Below, in pieces: positions 28,120 through 37,026 of a stretch of 64,000 nt of DNA. The stretch comes from Nitrospira sp. (lineage in GTDB: Bacteria > Nitrospirota > Nitrospiria > Nitrospirales > Nitrospiraceae). A model generated the notes under the pieces. The model saw nothing but the letters and a program-made list of their open reading frames with translations, was not told the origin of the DNA and searched no databases. How positions within the stretch are numbered: position 1 is the stretch's first letter; every line of letters begins with the position of its first letter. The DNA lies in the NCBI GenBank assembly GCA_047150005.1, contig AP038806.1, positions 2,080,001-2,144,000 of the forward strand, given 5' to 3'. The translations under genes were made by a program, and so were the position numbers.

Positions 28120-30113
28120 TACGACGCCTCCGTTCGCGAGAGATCCACGGTGACGCAGGTGCCGTGGTCCGGTTTGCTGGTTAACCGCAGCCGGGCGCCG
28201 ATCGTTTTCGCCCTGGCGGCCATGTTCACAAGGCCGTGGCCCTGTCTGCGCTTGAGCTTCGGGACGAAACCGATGCCGTCGTCGCAGATTTGCATCCGCA
28301 TACCGGCGGGTCCCAGCGGGCTGAGCCGGACGGACCGGTGCGTCGCCTTGGCATGGCGCACGCTGTTGCTCAGCGCTTCGCGCGCGATATTCAGCAGCTG
28401 CTCGGCCTGCTCCGTGGTGATGAGGTCGAGCACGCCGTCCTTGACCTCCAGCTCGGGAGGACGATGTCCGGCCGTCGAGAAGGCCGAGACCAGCTGGCGC
28501 AACGCTTCGTGGAGATCCATCTTGGGGCTCCCGCCCCGCTTCAGCAAGGTGATGAAGTGCCGCACGTCGCTGACGAGGCGGTTCAATTGGTCGATCGCCT
28601 GGCTTGCATGGACCTTCGCTCGTCTGGCGGACGTGCCGGACGCCAGCCTGCTCGCTTCCAGCTGCATACCGACCGCATAGAGGGACTGCAGAATGTTGTC
28701 GTGCAGATCCTGGCTGAACCGTTCGCGTTCCTCGGTGGCGCGTTTCTGGTCCGTGATGTCCTGCACGGCGGCCAGCAGGAGGGGGCCGGGATGATTGGGC
28801 AACTCGATGCCGGCGGCCTTGACGGAGACCCAGATGACTTGCCCGGTTTTCCGGATGTATCGCTTCTCGATCGTGTATCCTTCCCGCAGACCTCGATAGA
28901 ATTCGTCCGTCAGCTTCAGATTGCTCGCGAGATCGTCGGGATGGGTATAGAGGTCGTAGGTTCGGCCCAGGAGTTCTTGTTCCGCGTGGCCGGTCAACGT
29001 GCAGAATGCCTTGTTCGCGGTCAGCAGCCTCCGCTGTGAATCCAAGATCACCAGCCCCACGGGAGCTTCGGACACAAATCGCTGCAGGAGCAGTTCGCTG
29101 GCGCGCAAGGCGTCCTCCGCCCGCTTGCGCTCGGAGACGTCCTCGACGACGACAATGAAGTACGCCGGAGCGCCGGCGGCGGTTCGGACCAGCGAGACGG
29201 TCAGACTGACCCAGATCCAGGTGTCGTCGCATCGGCGGCACCGTCGCTCCGTCGAATAGGAGGCGAGAATGCCCGCCGTCAATTCGTCGAGATAGCGAAG
29301 ATTGAGCGGGAGGTCGTCGGGATGCGTCAGCTCCTGAAACGTCAGACCCTGCATGGCGGCCGGGGTGAAGCCCAGCGTCTTGCACAGACAGGGATTGACG
29401 CGTAGGCACTGCCCGCTCAGGCTCCATTGGGCGATGCCGACACCGGCATGCTCGAACAGCGCCTTCCAGCGCTCTTCGCTTTCCCGGACGAAGTCTTCCG
29501 TCATCCGCCGGGCGGTCACGTCCTCGCAGACCACCAGCACCAGGATCCGGCCGGCGCGATCCAGGATGCTCTGAGCCCGTTCCTTGACCCATAACGTCGT
29601 GCCGTCTTTGCGGATCTTTTGGATCTCCCATTCGAACAGCTTGTCGAGACTGGCCGTGCACACACGGATCTGCGCGAGCACCGTCTCGTGATCCTCCGGT
29701 CTGAACACCGCGAGGACGGAGCGGCCGGTCAGTTCCTGAGAGAGATACCCCAACTGCTCAGCGCCATAGTTGTTCACGGAGAGGATCAGCCCGTCCGGGG
29801 ACAGGGTGAAATACATGGAGGGATTGTTATCGTAGAGCGACCGATACCGGTGCTCGCTCTCATGCAGCGCCGACTCGATGGATTCCCGCTGGAGCAGGTT
29901 GTGTTCCAAGTGCCCGATCACCCGCGCAAGCTGCGCGCCGCAATCCTGCATACCGCCGCGGAGCTCGGTGCACAGACTTCGGTCGAGTCCAGCGTCGAAT
30001 TCGACGGATTGCTCCATGGCTCGACGGAGTCCGGTCAATTGCGTGAGCAGGAGATGGAGGTCGGCCGCGGCGGAGGACTCGCTGTCGGAATGCCGAATCA
30101 TGGGTTGCTCCAT
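28119..30113 (-). CDS. Cytoplasmic triple-PAS histidine kinase (HisKA_3 type); start uncertain (30113 or 30194)
   Basis: Three PAS/PAC repeats (RPED...RKDG, HPDD, HPDD), SQDLHDNILQSL H-box, REALSNSVRHA and DDGIGF. No clear transmembrane helix. Confidence 0.9.
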   Translation of the reverse strand: MEQPMIRHSDSESSAAADLHLLLTQLTGLRRAMEQSVEFDAGLDRSLCTELRGGMQDCGAQLARVIGHLEHNLLQRESIESALHESEHRYRSLYDNNPSMYFTLSPDGLILSVNNYGAEQLGYLSQELTGRSVLAVFRPEDHETVLAQIRVCTASLDKLFEWEIQKIRKDGTTLWVKERAQSILDRAGRILVLVVCEDVTARRMTEDFVRESEERWKALFEHAGVGIAQWSLSGQCLRVNPCLCKTLGFTPAAMQGLTFQELTHPDDLPLNLRYLDELTAGILASYSTERRCRRCDDTWIWVSLTVSLVRTAAGAPAYFIVVVEDVSERKRAEDALRASELLLQRFVSEAPVGLVILDSQRRLLTANKAFCTLTGHAEQELLGRTYDLYTHPDDLASNLKLTDEFYRGLREGYTIEKRYIRKTGQVIWVSVKAAGIELPNHPGPLLLAAVQDITDQKRATEERERFSQDLHDNILQSLYAVGMQLEASRLASGTSARRAKVHASQAIDQLNRLVSDVRHFITLLKRGGSPKMDLHEALRQLVSAFSTAGHRPPELEVKDGVLDLITTEQAEQLLNIAREALSNSVRHAKATHRSVRLSPLGPAGMRMQICDDGIGFVPKLKRRQGHGLVNMAARAKTIGARLRLTSKPDHGTCVTVDLSRTEAS

Positions 30114-30279
30114 GTCGGACGCGTCGGCTGCCGGATCGAATCCGGTACCCGACGCCCCGCGGGCTGCCTGGACCGATGGACGGAAGACTAGCATAGAACG
30201 CTTCGTCGTGGAATTGCTAGATCAAAGGACCGGCTGCGCGGGGGACTGGTAGAGCGGGTGGAACAGACAGGACGGTTTC

Positions 30280-30957
30280 CTACGTATTGGGCCCTGAGTA
30301 CGTCGAGCGGCCTTCCTTGATAAACCAGGCCACCGCTTCGGTTCGACGCCTGACGTTGAGCTTCTCGAAGATGTTGGCGAGGTAGTTTTTGACCGTCTTG
30401 TCGCTTAAGCTCAGATGCGCAGCGATTTCCTTGTTGGTCTTGCCTTGCGCGAGGAGAGGCACGATCAAACGCTCTTGCGGGGAGAGCTTGGGGCTTTGGC
30501 GGCCGTTGCCTTCAGCCCGGTACTGCGTTCGGATCCAATGCAACGCCTGCTGGGCGACCCGAGGGTCCAAATGGCCTCGGCCGCCGGCGACCGCGCGGAT
30601 GGCCTGGATCAATTCGTCGGTGCGAATATCCTTCAGGACGTATCCGTGGGCGCCGCTCTGCACGGCCCCGATGATCGAGGCGTCCTCCGCATAGCTCGTC
30701 AAGATGAGAATGCGGAGGTTGGGCGCGACGGCGAGGAGCTTGCGGCAAGCGTCCATGCCGGTCGCGTCCGGTAACTTGACGTCGAGCAGGACCACCTGGG
30801 GTTTGACCCGTTCGACCACGGCCAACGCCTCCGCCACGGTCCCGGCCTCCCCGATGATCTTGAAGTCCTGCTCCAAGCTCAGCAGCGAGCGAAGACCGTG
30901 TCGGACGACCTCATGATCGTCGACGATGACGATCTTGAGCGGGAGATCCTTTGTCAT
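30280..30957 (-). CDS. NarL/DosR-type response regulator (REC + LuxR HTH)
   Basis: IVDDHEVVRHGL, GEAGTVAEA, LDVKLPD, LILTSY and GKTNKEIA...SDKTVKNY. Confidence 0.9.
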   Translation of the reverse strand: MTKDLPLKIVIVDDHEVVRHGLRSLLSLEQDFKIIGEAGTVAEALAVVERVKPQVVLLDVKLPDATGMDACRKLLAVAPNLRILILTSYAEDASIIGAVQSGAHGYVLKDIRTDELIQAIRAVAGGRGHLDPRVAQQALHWIRTQYRAEGNGRQSPKLSPQERLIVPLLAQGKTNKEIAAHLSLSDKTVKNYLANIFEKLNVRRRTEAVAWFIKEGRSTYSGPNT

Positions 30958-31766
30958 AGTGCCAGATGCTCGGGTTCCAGGGCGAACTCCACAAGAATGT
31001 GGGTCCCTTCCCCGACATGCGAACGGACCAGGAGTCGTCCACCGAGCTTCTTGGCCCGTGCGGACATGTTGGCGAATCCATAGCCCTTTGTGCGATTGTC
31101 TCCCTGCGTGAAGCCCACCCCGTCGTCCGCGATCGTCAACCGGAGGTGATGTCCTTGGGCGTAGAGAGAGATGCTGGCTCGGGTCGCCTTGGCGTGGCGG
31201 ACGCAATTGCTCACCGCCTCACGGATGATCATCAGGACTTCCCGCTTTTCTTCGTTGGTCGCTACGGCGATGGCACGGGGCGCGATATCGATGCTGATCT
31301 GAAGCGTGCTGATGTCCCGGTAGGTCTTGATGAGGGTCTTGAGCTCGGACACGAGGTCGAATTCCTGCACGTTGCCTGATTCCAGGGTGCGGATCATGTT
31401 GCGGACCTCTTGGATCAGGGTGTTGAGCTGGTCGATGAGCAGATCATCAGCCCGGCCGGACACCGGCCGTCGCTGGGGTTGTGCCCGTCTGTTCGATTCG
31501 ATGGTCAGTCCGATGGCGTACAGCGACTGCAGCACGCAGTCGTGTAAGTCTCGGGTGAGCTGTCCGCGATCCTCGACCAAGGCCGCCAAACGATGCTCCA
31601 TGGCCCGCAATGCCACGGTCAGATCGTTCCGCCTCTGCGCCGGGCCGAAGGGCTCCATGGTTCCGATCGCGCCCTGACTGTGTTGAGCCGATCGAAAGCG
31701 CTGTGGTCTTGTGCCGGATTGGCCGGCGCCTCTGATCACCTGTAACCCATGCGTGCGATCACCCAC
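30954..31766 (-). CDS. HisKA_3 histidine kinase without a recognisable sensor domain
   Basis: TRDLHDCVLQSLYAIG, REAVSNCVRHA, DDGVGF and GYGFANM. Only about 70 aa precede the H-box. GAGAGG SD before the GTG; 4-nt overlap with the regulator. Confidence 0.85.
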   Translation of the reverse strand: MGDRTHGLQVIRGAGQSGTRPQRFRSAQHSQGAIGTMEPFGPAQRRNDLTVALRAMEHRLAALVEDRGQLTRDLHDCVLQSLYAIGLTIESNRRAQPQRRPVSGRADDLLIDQLNTLIQEVRNMIRTLESGNVQEFDLVSELKTLIKTYRDISTLQISIDIAPRAIAVATNEEKREVLMIIREAVSNCVRHAKATRASISLYAQGHHLRLTIADDGVGFTQGDNRTKGYGFANMSARAKKLGGRLLVRSHVGEGTHILVEFALEPEHLAL

Positions 31767-31876
31767 GCCTCACCTCTCCCTTTCCGCCAGGCGGATTGCC
31801 GTGGCTGTGTCGGCGGCTGTACTGCGCAACCCTCTCAATACTGGATCCCTAACTATCACGATCATCGAGCGCGATC

Positions 31877-31896
31877 ACCTGGCGAGTCGGCCAGGT
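31877..31896. promoter_or_regulatory. lux box
   Basis: ACCTGGCGAGTCGGCCAGGT is ACCTG-N10-CAGGT, the same length and arms as the Vibrio fischeri lux box. The palindrome extends to TCACCTGGC/GCCAGGTGA. It ends 74 nt before luxI. Confidence 0.85.
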
Positions 31897-31970
31897 GACG
31901 GAGTAGGCGGGAAATGAAACCATGCGCCGCGTCTCCACGGCCTTGAACCGCTGCTCAGAAGGAGGACGAA

Positions 31971-32714
31971 ATGAGCGACTTGGTGGTAGCCGAAGAACGG
32001 CGGATTTTCTTCCAGGAAGGCGCGTTCCTTGTGAAGACCCTGGAACGGGAATCTGAATGGTGCCAGGCCTACCGGCTTCGCCATCGAGTCTTCGCCGAGC
32101 GTCTCAAGTGGGTACCGGAACGATCCGATCGCTTCGAATCCGACATCTACGATGCATGGAGCAGTTCAATCGGAGTGTTTTCTCGCGATTCGACGCTACT
32201 CGGCCTGGTTCGCATGACCCAGGCACCCGTCCCTTTTATGTTGGAAGGCGAATTCAGCGCCTGCCTCGTGGGACAACATGAAGTACGAAAAGAGCTGGAT
32301 ACCGCGGAAATTAGCAGGTTGACCGTCGACCCGGATATTACCGACCGAGGTCTTTCAGCGAAGCTGATGCGGACGATCTTTAAGGGGATGTATCACTGGT
32401 GTGTCGCTCATGATGTCCGTTACACCTATATGGTCGTCGAGCACAGGCTGTTGCGGGTCGTGGAACGAATGGGTTGGCCCTGCCGTTCCATCGGAGCGCC
32501 TGTCGCCTTGCCTCCCGCCGAAGTGTCGTCGATCGGCGCGTTGCTCGATCTGGATGAATTTCGATGTCAGGCGGCGGTGCAGCGCCCTGACATGTTGCGG
32601 TGGCTCGCCGACTGCGGCATCGCTGAGGCGCGGACGAGCCTGTTCTCAGAGAATTCTACGGATGGGCTTCACGCGGAATTGGCGGGAGCGCGGCGACTGG
32701 TTCCAGCGGCGTAA
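31971..32714 (+). CDS. luxI: LuxI-family acyl-homoserine-lactone synthase
   Basis: YRLRHRVFAERLKW, ESDIYD, VRM...PFML and EISRL conserved blocks. AAGGAGG SD. Adjacent luxR and lux box. Confidence 0.88.
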   Translation: MSDLVVAEERRIFFQEGAFLVKTLERESEWCQAYRLRHRVFAERLKWVPERSDRFESDIYDAWSSSIGVFSRDSTLLGLVRMTQAPVPFMLEGEFSACLVGQHEVRKELDTAEISRLTVDPDITDRGLSAKLMRTIFKGMYHWCVAHDVRYTYMVVEHRLLRVVERMGWPCRSIGAPVALPPAEVSSIGALLDLDEFRCQAAVQRPDMLRWLADCGIAEARTSLFSENSTDGLHAELAGARRLVPAA

Positions 32715-32745
32715 ACGCCTGCAAGCCGCCCGGTTTTAACGGCGG

Positions 32746-33564
32746 TTAGCTGGCAGTCGGGAGGCCGTGAAGCGCGGGGAGACCGTGCTCGATGGCGGTG
32801 GCAACAGCCTGTGATCGAGAGGTGACCTCCAGCTTGGCAAAGATTCCTTCGATGTGGAAACGGACCGTTCGTTCAGTCACTCCAAGAATCTTGCCGATTT
32901 CCCAGTTCGTCTTGCCGTTTTTCATCCAATTGAGGATGGTGACTTCACGCGGCGAGAGTTCCTTCACACATCGATCCGTTTCTCGAAGACTCTTCGGCGC
33001 CGTGCGCATCAAGGCCATGTGGATGTGATAGCCCATGTACTCGACGAGAGGAATCAGACGCTCGGCGTCGAGAGCCTGATCGCTGGCAAACGAGCAGAAC
33101 GTAGCCAATCCGCAGGCCTGATCGACCGAGCCGGTCGTGATACCGTCGCCGAGCCCGAATTGCCTCGCGGTCGCGATGAATTCCTGTTGTTTCTCCGTGG
33201 TCATGTGCTGATAGGTGGCGCGCCAATGTTGTGTGCCGGGGGAGCGTAAGGCCGACGTGAAGACCGGGTCGATTTCGGCGTACCCGTTCTTCCAATACAA
33301 ATACAGCCATTCGTCCGGATAGCTCCCATTGACAATATTGGCAAACCCTGCAAAGGTGCCACCCGTTCCGAGACGGACGAGTCCTCCCAATGTGCGCGTG
33401 AAAGGAAAATATTCCTGAAAACGGAGCAGGACGTCACGGACATCGTCAGGAGTCTGCGCCTGAGTCGTGTAGTGAAGAATTTCGATAAAGTTCTGACATT
33501 CGGATTTCGACATACCGTCGAAGACATGTTGCGGGAAGGGCTGCTTCTTGAGGGGATGCGCCAT
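32746..33564 (-). CDS. luxR: LuxR-family autoinducer-binding transcriptional regulator
   Basis: YPDEWLYLY...YAEIDPV...W...GLGDG retains the AHL-pocket W/Y/DP/W/G residues. LSPRE...GKTNWEIGKIL...TVRFH HTH. GGAGG SD. Confidence 0.92.
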   Translation of the reverse strand: MAHPLKKQPFPQHVFDGMSKSECQNFIEILHYTTQAQTPDDVRDVLLRFQEYFPFTRTLGGLVRLGTGGTFAGFANIVNGSYPDEWLYLYWKNGYAEIDPVFTSALRSPGTQHWRATYQHMTTEKQQEFIATARQFGLGDGITTGSVDQACGLATFCSFASDQALDAERLIPLVEYMGYHIHMALMRTAPKSLRETDRCVKELSPREVTILNWMKNGKTNWEIGKILGVTERTVRFHIEGIFAKLEVTSRSQAVATAIEHGLPALHGLPTAS

Positions 33565-33643
33565 GGTCGCCTCCAGGTCGAGCGGTGTCACAGCATAGCA
33601 CATCGTTCTTCCTAATTGCGATATTGAGCGGAGCGAAAGAATA

Positions 33644-35086
33644 GTGTCGTTCAGCCCTAGTCCAATCGGCCCTAGTTCGACACATGTATCTCGAACCGCT
33701 CCTCGACAGCTCCTGCGATGGCGACGGATCCCAGTCCTCGCCATCTTATTCATTCCTGGATGGTGTCTCTGTATTTCAGCTTCTCCCGTACAAGCCCAAG
33801 CCTTGCGATTTCAGCCACAGGGAGCTGCCGCAGCAGGCCAGGGCAATGCCTTCGTCGCGCAGGCTGATGATCCCTCCGCCATCCACTATAATCCGGCCGG
33901 ATTGACTCAGGTCGCGGGCATTCAGGTCTACATGGGGACGGCACTCGTCGGTGGGTCGATCAATTTTACGGGTCCCACCGGCGCAACGGCTCGGGGCGAT
34001 CTGGGCGGCAGCATAGCTTCTCCGCCTCCCAGTCATTTCTATATGAGCGCGAATCTCGGAGCCGTCGGCCTGACCGGACTGTCCGCAGCCACGGTCGGCA
34101 TCGGCGTCACCAGTCCCTTTGGGCTCAATGCGCGTTACCCCACGGACGGGCCGTTCAATACCGCGGTCACGTCCGCGAAATTGCCGCTCATCGATATTAA
34201 GCCGACCGTGGCCTATCAGGTCACCGACTCGCTCTCCGTAGGCGTCAATGCCGATATCTATACGTTCGCCGGTTTTCTCGGTGAAGGTCAGGCTGAGCAG
34301 CAACAGGTATCGCCGGGTGGGGGAGGAATTCCGGCCGGTGCCTCGTTGGAAGTGTACGGCAACGGCACCGGGGCTGGGTTTGCAGCCAGTCTCCTCTATA
34401 CGCCGCTCAAGAGCGGCGAAGGCCTGCCGGTCCTGTCGATCGGGTTCGTGTATCACAGTCAGGCGGTCTTGCCGCTTAACGGCGCCCTGCTCGTCAATGG
34501 GGGCAAGGCGGCGGATGCCTCCACGAGCCTGGTGTTGCCGCAAATTTTCTCCGGCGGGATTGCGCTGTGGCCGGTTCGGAACGTCGAGCGGGAGTGGAAG
34601 CTGGAGGTCGACGTCGAGTACGTCGGCTGGAAATCGGCGAGGAATCTCGATATCCATCTGTCCAACGGCGTGACCCTGCCGCAGCCGCAGCAATGGAGCA
34701 ATGTGCCGGTCGTGGCCGTCGGGACCGAGTACAAATGGCTCAGCCCCGAATGGTTGCACCATTGGGACGTCGCCCTTCGAGGCGGATACACCCGAACGCA
34801 GGATCCGGTGCCCGACCAGACGTTCAATCCCGCCACGATTTCACTGACGGCCAATACGATCTCGATCGGCGGCGGCCTTCTGTGCCGCGAGGGCGGCCGT
34901 TTTCTCAGGATGATCCCGTGCGGGGGGGGATCGTGGCTCTTGCCGAAGGCGATCGGGGTGGATGCCACGTACCAAGCGTGGATCTACGAGTCGCGGACCG
35001 TGACGGGCAATCTGAATCCGACGGTCGACGGAAATTACCGTGCCTCGGTCCAGGTGGGTATCGTGAGTCTCCGATTTGCCTACTGA
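33644..35086 (+). CDS. OmpP1/FadL/TodX-family outer-membrane channel (start uncertain)
   Basis: GNAFVAQADDPSAIHYNPAGL hatch motif, GIGVTSPFGL, a signal-like segment ending VQA, and a C-terminal aromatic strand LRFAY. Confidence 0.88.
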   Translation: MSFSPSPIGPSSTHVSRTAPRQLLRWRRIPVLAILFIPGWCLCISASPVQAQALRFQPQGAAAAGQGNAFVAQADDPSAIHYNPAGLTQVAGIQVYMGTALVGGSINFTGPTGATARGDLGGSIASPPPSHFYMSANLGAVGLTGLSAATVGIGVTSPFGLNARYPTDGPFNTAVTSAKLPLIDIKPTVAYQVTDSLSVGVNADIYTFAGFLGEGQAEQQQVSPGGGGIPAGASLEVYGNGTGAGFAASLLYTPLKSGEGLPVLSIGFVYHSQAVLPLNGALLVNGGKAADASTSLVLPQIFSGGIALWPVRNVEREWKLEVDVEYVGWKSARNLDIHLSNGVTLPQPQQWSNVPVVAVGTEYKWLSPEWLHHWDVALRGGYTRTQDPVPDQTFNPATISLTANTISIGGGLLCREGGRFLRMIPCGGGSWLLPKAIGVDATYQAWIYESRTVTGNLNPTVDGNYRASVQVGIVSLRFAY

Positions 35087-35095
35087 CCGACTCGT

Positions 35096-36928
35096 TCAGG
35101 GCTCGGCGGAAGCTTCACGAGAGTCCGCAAGCACCTTGCGAAGCTCCGCAACGGTCCGTTGGTCGATCCCGGATTCCCGCAGGTCGTCGTCGCTGGCGGC
35201 GGCCACCCGCTCGACGCTGCCGAACCGCTTGAGTAAGCGCGCGCGTCTGATCTCGCCGATCCCGATGATCTGGTCCAATTTCGACGAGAGGAGCGCTTTG
35301 CCCCGCAGCGTGCGATGAAGCGAGACGGCGAAGCGGTGCGCTTCGTCGCGAATTCGTTGCAGCAGATGGGTAGCCGGCGACTGTCCTCTCAAGGGCACCG
35401 GGTTCTTTCGTCCGGCCAGGTAGACGCGCTCGTCCTTCTCGCCGCGTGCCTTCGCCAAGCCGATCACGGGGAGACGCTCCTCTCCGACCTCCTTGAGCCC
35501 TTCTATGGCAGCGGCCAACTGGCCCAGTCCGCCGTCAATAAGGACGAGGTCGGGGCGCGCCAAGTGTTCCATGCCCCCGTATCGCCGTGAGACGGCTTCC
35601 CGAATGCTGGCAAAATCGTTGGCTCCCTCGACGGTCGCGATCTTGAACTTCCGATAATCGGCCTTCTTCATGCGGCCCTCTTCCCACACGACCATGGAGG
35701 CGACGGATTGGGCGCCCATGGTGTTGGATATGTCGAATCCCTCGATGCGGACGGGTGCCCGGTCGAGCCGAAACAGGCGCCGGAGTTCCTCGCCTGCCTG
35801 GCGGTCGATTGCTTCCTCGCGCAGATGGTCGGCCGCCGATGACGCGGCATTTTCTTCGGCCAGCTTCACCAGCTGATGTTTCGCACCCCGTTCGGGCACG
35901 AGCACCCGCACGGCCTCCCCGCGTTTCTCAGACAGCCACCGGGTGATCAAGTCGACATCCGGAATGTCTACCGGGATCAGCAGCTCCGCCGGCGGCAGGC
36001 CGTCCTTGTTGTAGAATTGCTCGATGGCGGCGATCACCAATTCGTCGTCGGGAGTATCGGCGCCATTGGGCCAGAAAAAGTCCTTGCGTCCGATCAACAG
36101 TCCTCCCCGCACGAATAGGAGCTGAAGGTCTACCGCAGCGCCCAGTCGCGCAATGCCGATGACGTCCTGATCGACCGACGCAGTCTGCGTGATCCGCTGC
36201 CGTTCGAGGGTCCGCTCGATCTTGAACATGCGGTCGCGCAGCCACGCCGCCTCTTCAAAATCCTCCCGCTCCGCCGCAGCCTCCATGCCCGCACGGAGTT
36301 CCTCCAACAACTCGCGGTCGCGTCCCTCCAGGAAATGGCGCACCTGCTTGACGATCTCATGGTACTCGTCCCTGGATTGATTGCCGGTGCAGGGGGCCAT
36401 GCAGCGCTTAATTTCGAATTCGATGCAGGCGCGTTCGGCCCTGCCGTCGATGTCAATGGTGCAGGTGGCGAGGGGAAACACCTTCTTGATGACCTTCAAC
36501 GTCTCGCGCAATGCGCCGGCCGGTGTATAGGGTCCGTAGTACAGTGCGCCGTCCCGTTGCACTCGACGGACGATCGAAAGACGTGGGAAGTCTTCCTTGA
36601 CCGGCAGCCGAAGGTAGGGATACTGCTTGTCGTCGCGGAGGACCACGTTGAACCTGGGCCGTTGGCGTTTGACGAGATTGCTCTCGAGGATCAACGCTTC
36701 GAGTTCGGAGCGCGTGACCATGGTTTCCAGATCGGTGATCAGGCTCACCAGCAGGGCGGTCTTGGGGGAGTGGTCGCCGCCTTTCTGGAAATACGAGCGC
36801 ACGCGATCGGCCAGGACGGCGGCTTTTCCGATGTACAGCACCTCGCCCGCGGCGTCCTTGAACAGGTAGACACCCGGTTGGTTCGGAGGGCGGGCCAGCT
36901 TGGCTTGAAGATCGGCGGACAGGGCCAT
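35096..36928 (-). CDS. uvrC: Excinuclease ABC subunit C
   Basis: PGVYLF...YIGKA GIY-YIG, RDDKQYPY, IEGFDISN, LIDGGLGQL, RDEAHRFA and HhH motifs. Confidence 0.96.
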   Translation of the reverse strand: MALSADLQAKLARPPNQPGVYLFKDAAGEVLYIGKAAVLADRVRSYFQKGGDHSPKTALLVSLITDLETMVTRSELEALILESNLVKRQRPRFNVVLRDDKQYPYLRLPVKEDFPRLSIVRRVQRDGALYYGPYTPAGALRETLKVIKKVFPLATCTIDIDGRAERACIEFEIKRCMAPCTGNQSRDEYHEIVKQVRHFLEGRDRELLEELRAGMEAAAEREDFEEAAWLRDRMFKIERTLERQRITQTASVDQDVIGIARLGAAVDLQLLFVRGGLLIGRKDFFWPNGADTPDDELVIAAIEQFYNKDGLPPAELLIPVDIPDVDLITRWLSEKRGEAVRVLVPERGAKHQLVKLAEENAASSAADHLREEAIDRQAGEELRRLFRLDRAPVRIEGFDISNTMGAQSVASMVVWEEGRMKKADYRKFKIATVEGANDFASIREAVSRRYGGMEHLARPDLVLIDGGLGQLAAAIEGLKEVGEERLPVIGLAKARGEKDERVYLAGRKNPVPLRGQSPATHLLQRIRDEAHRFAVSLHRTLRGKALLSSKLDQIIGIGEIRRARLLKRFGSVERVAAASDDDLRESGIDQRTVAELRKVLADSREASAEP

Positions 36929-37026
36929 GGGAATCGGGCGTCCCGGAGCGTCACAGGACCGTCAGTCATTGTAACGGCCAGGAGAAATGCGGCGCAACCA
37001 CTCGAGGCGACGGGGTCAGAAGTCGA

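Noticed and set aside
27439..29661. 740-aa response regulator with a long novel N-terminus
   Set aside because: The extension is an alternate frame of the PAS kinase. The real start is at 28119 (TAATG coupling).
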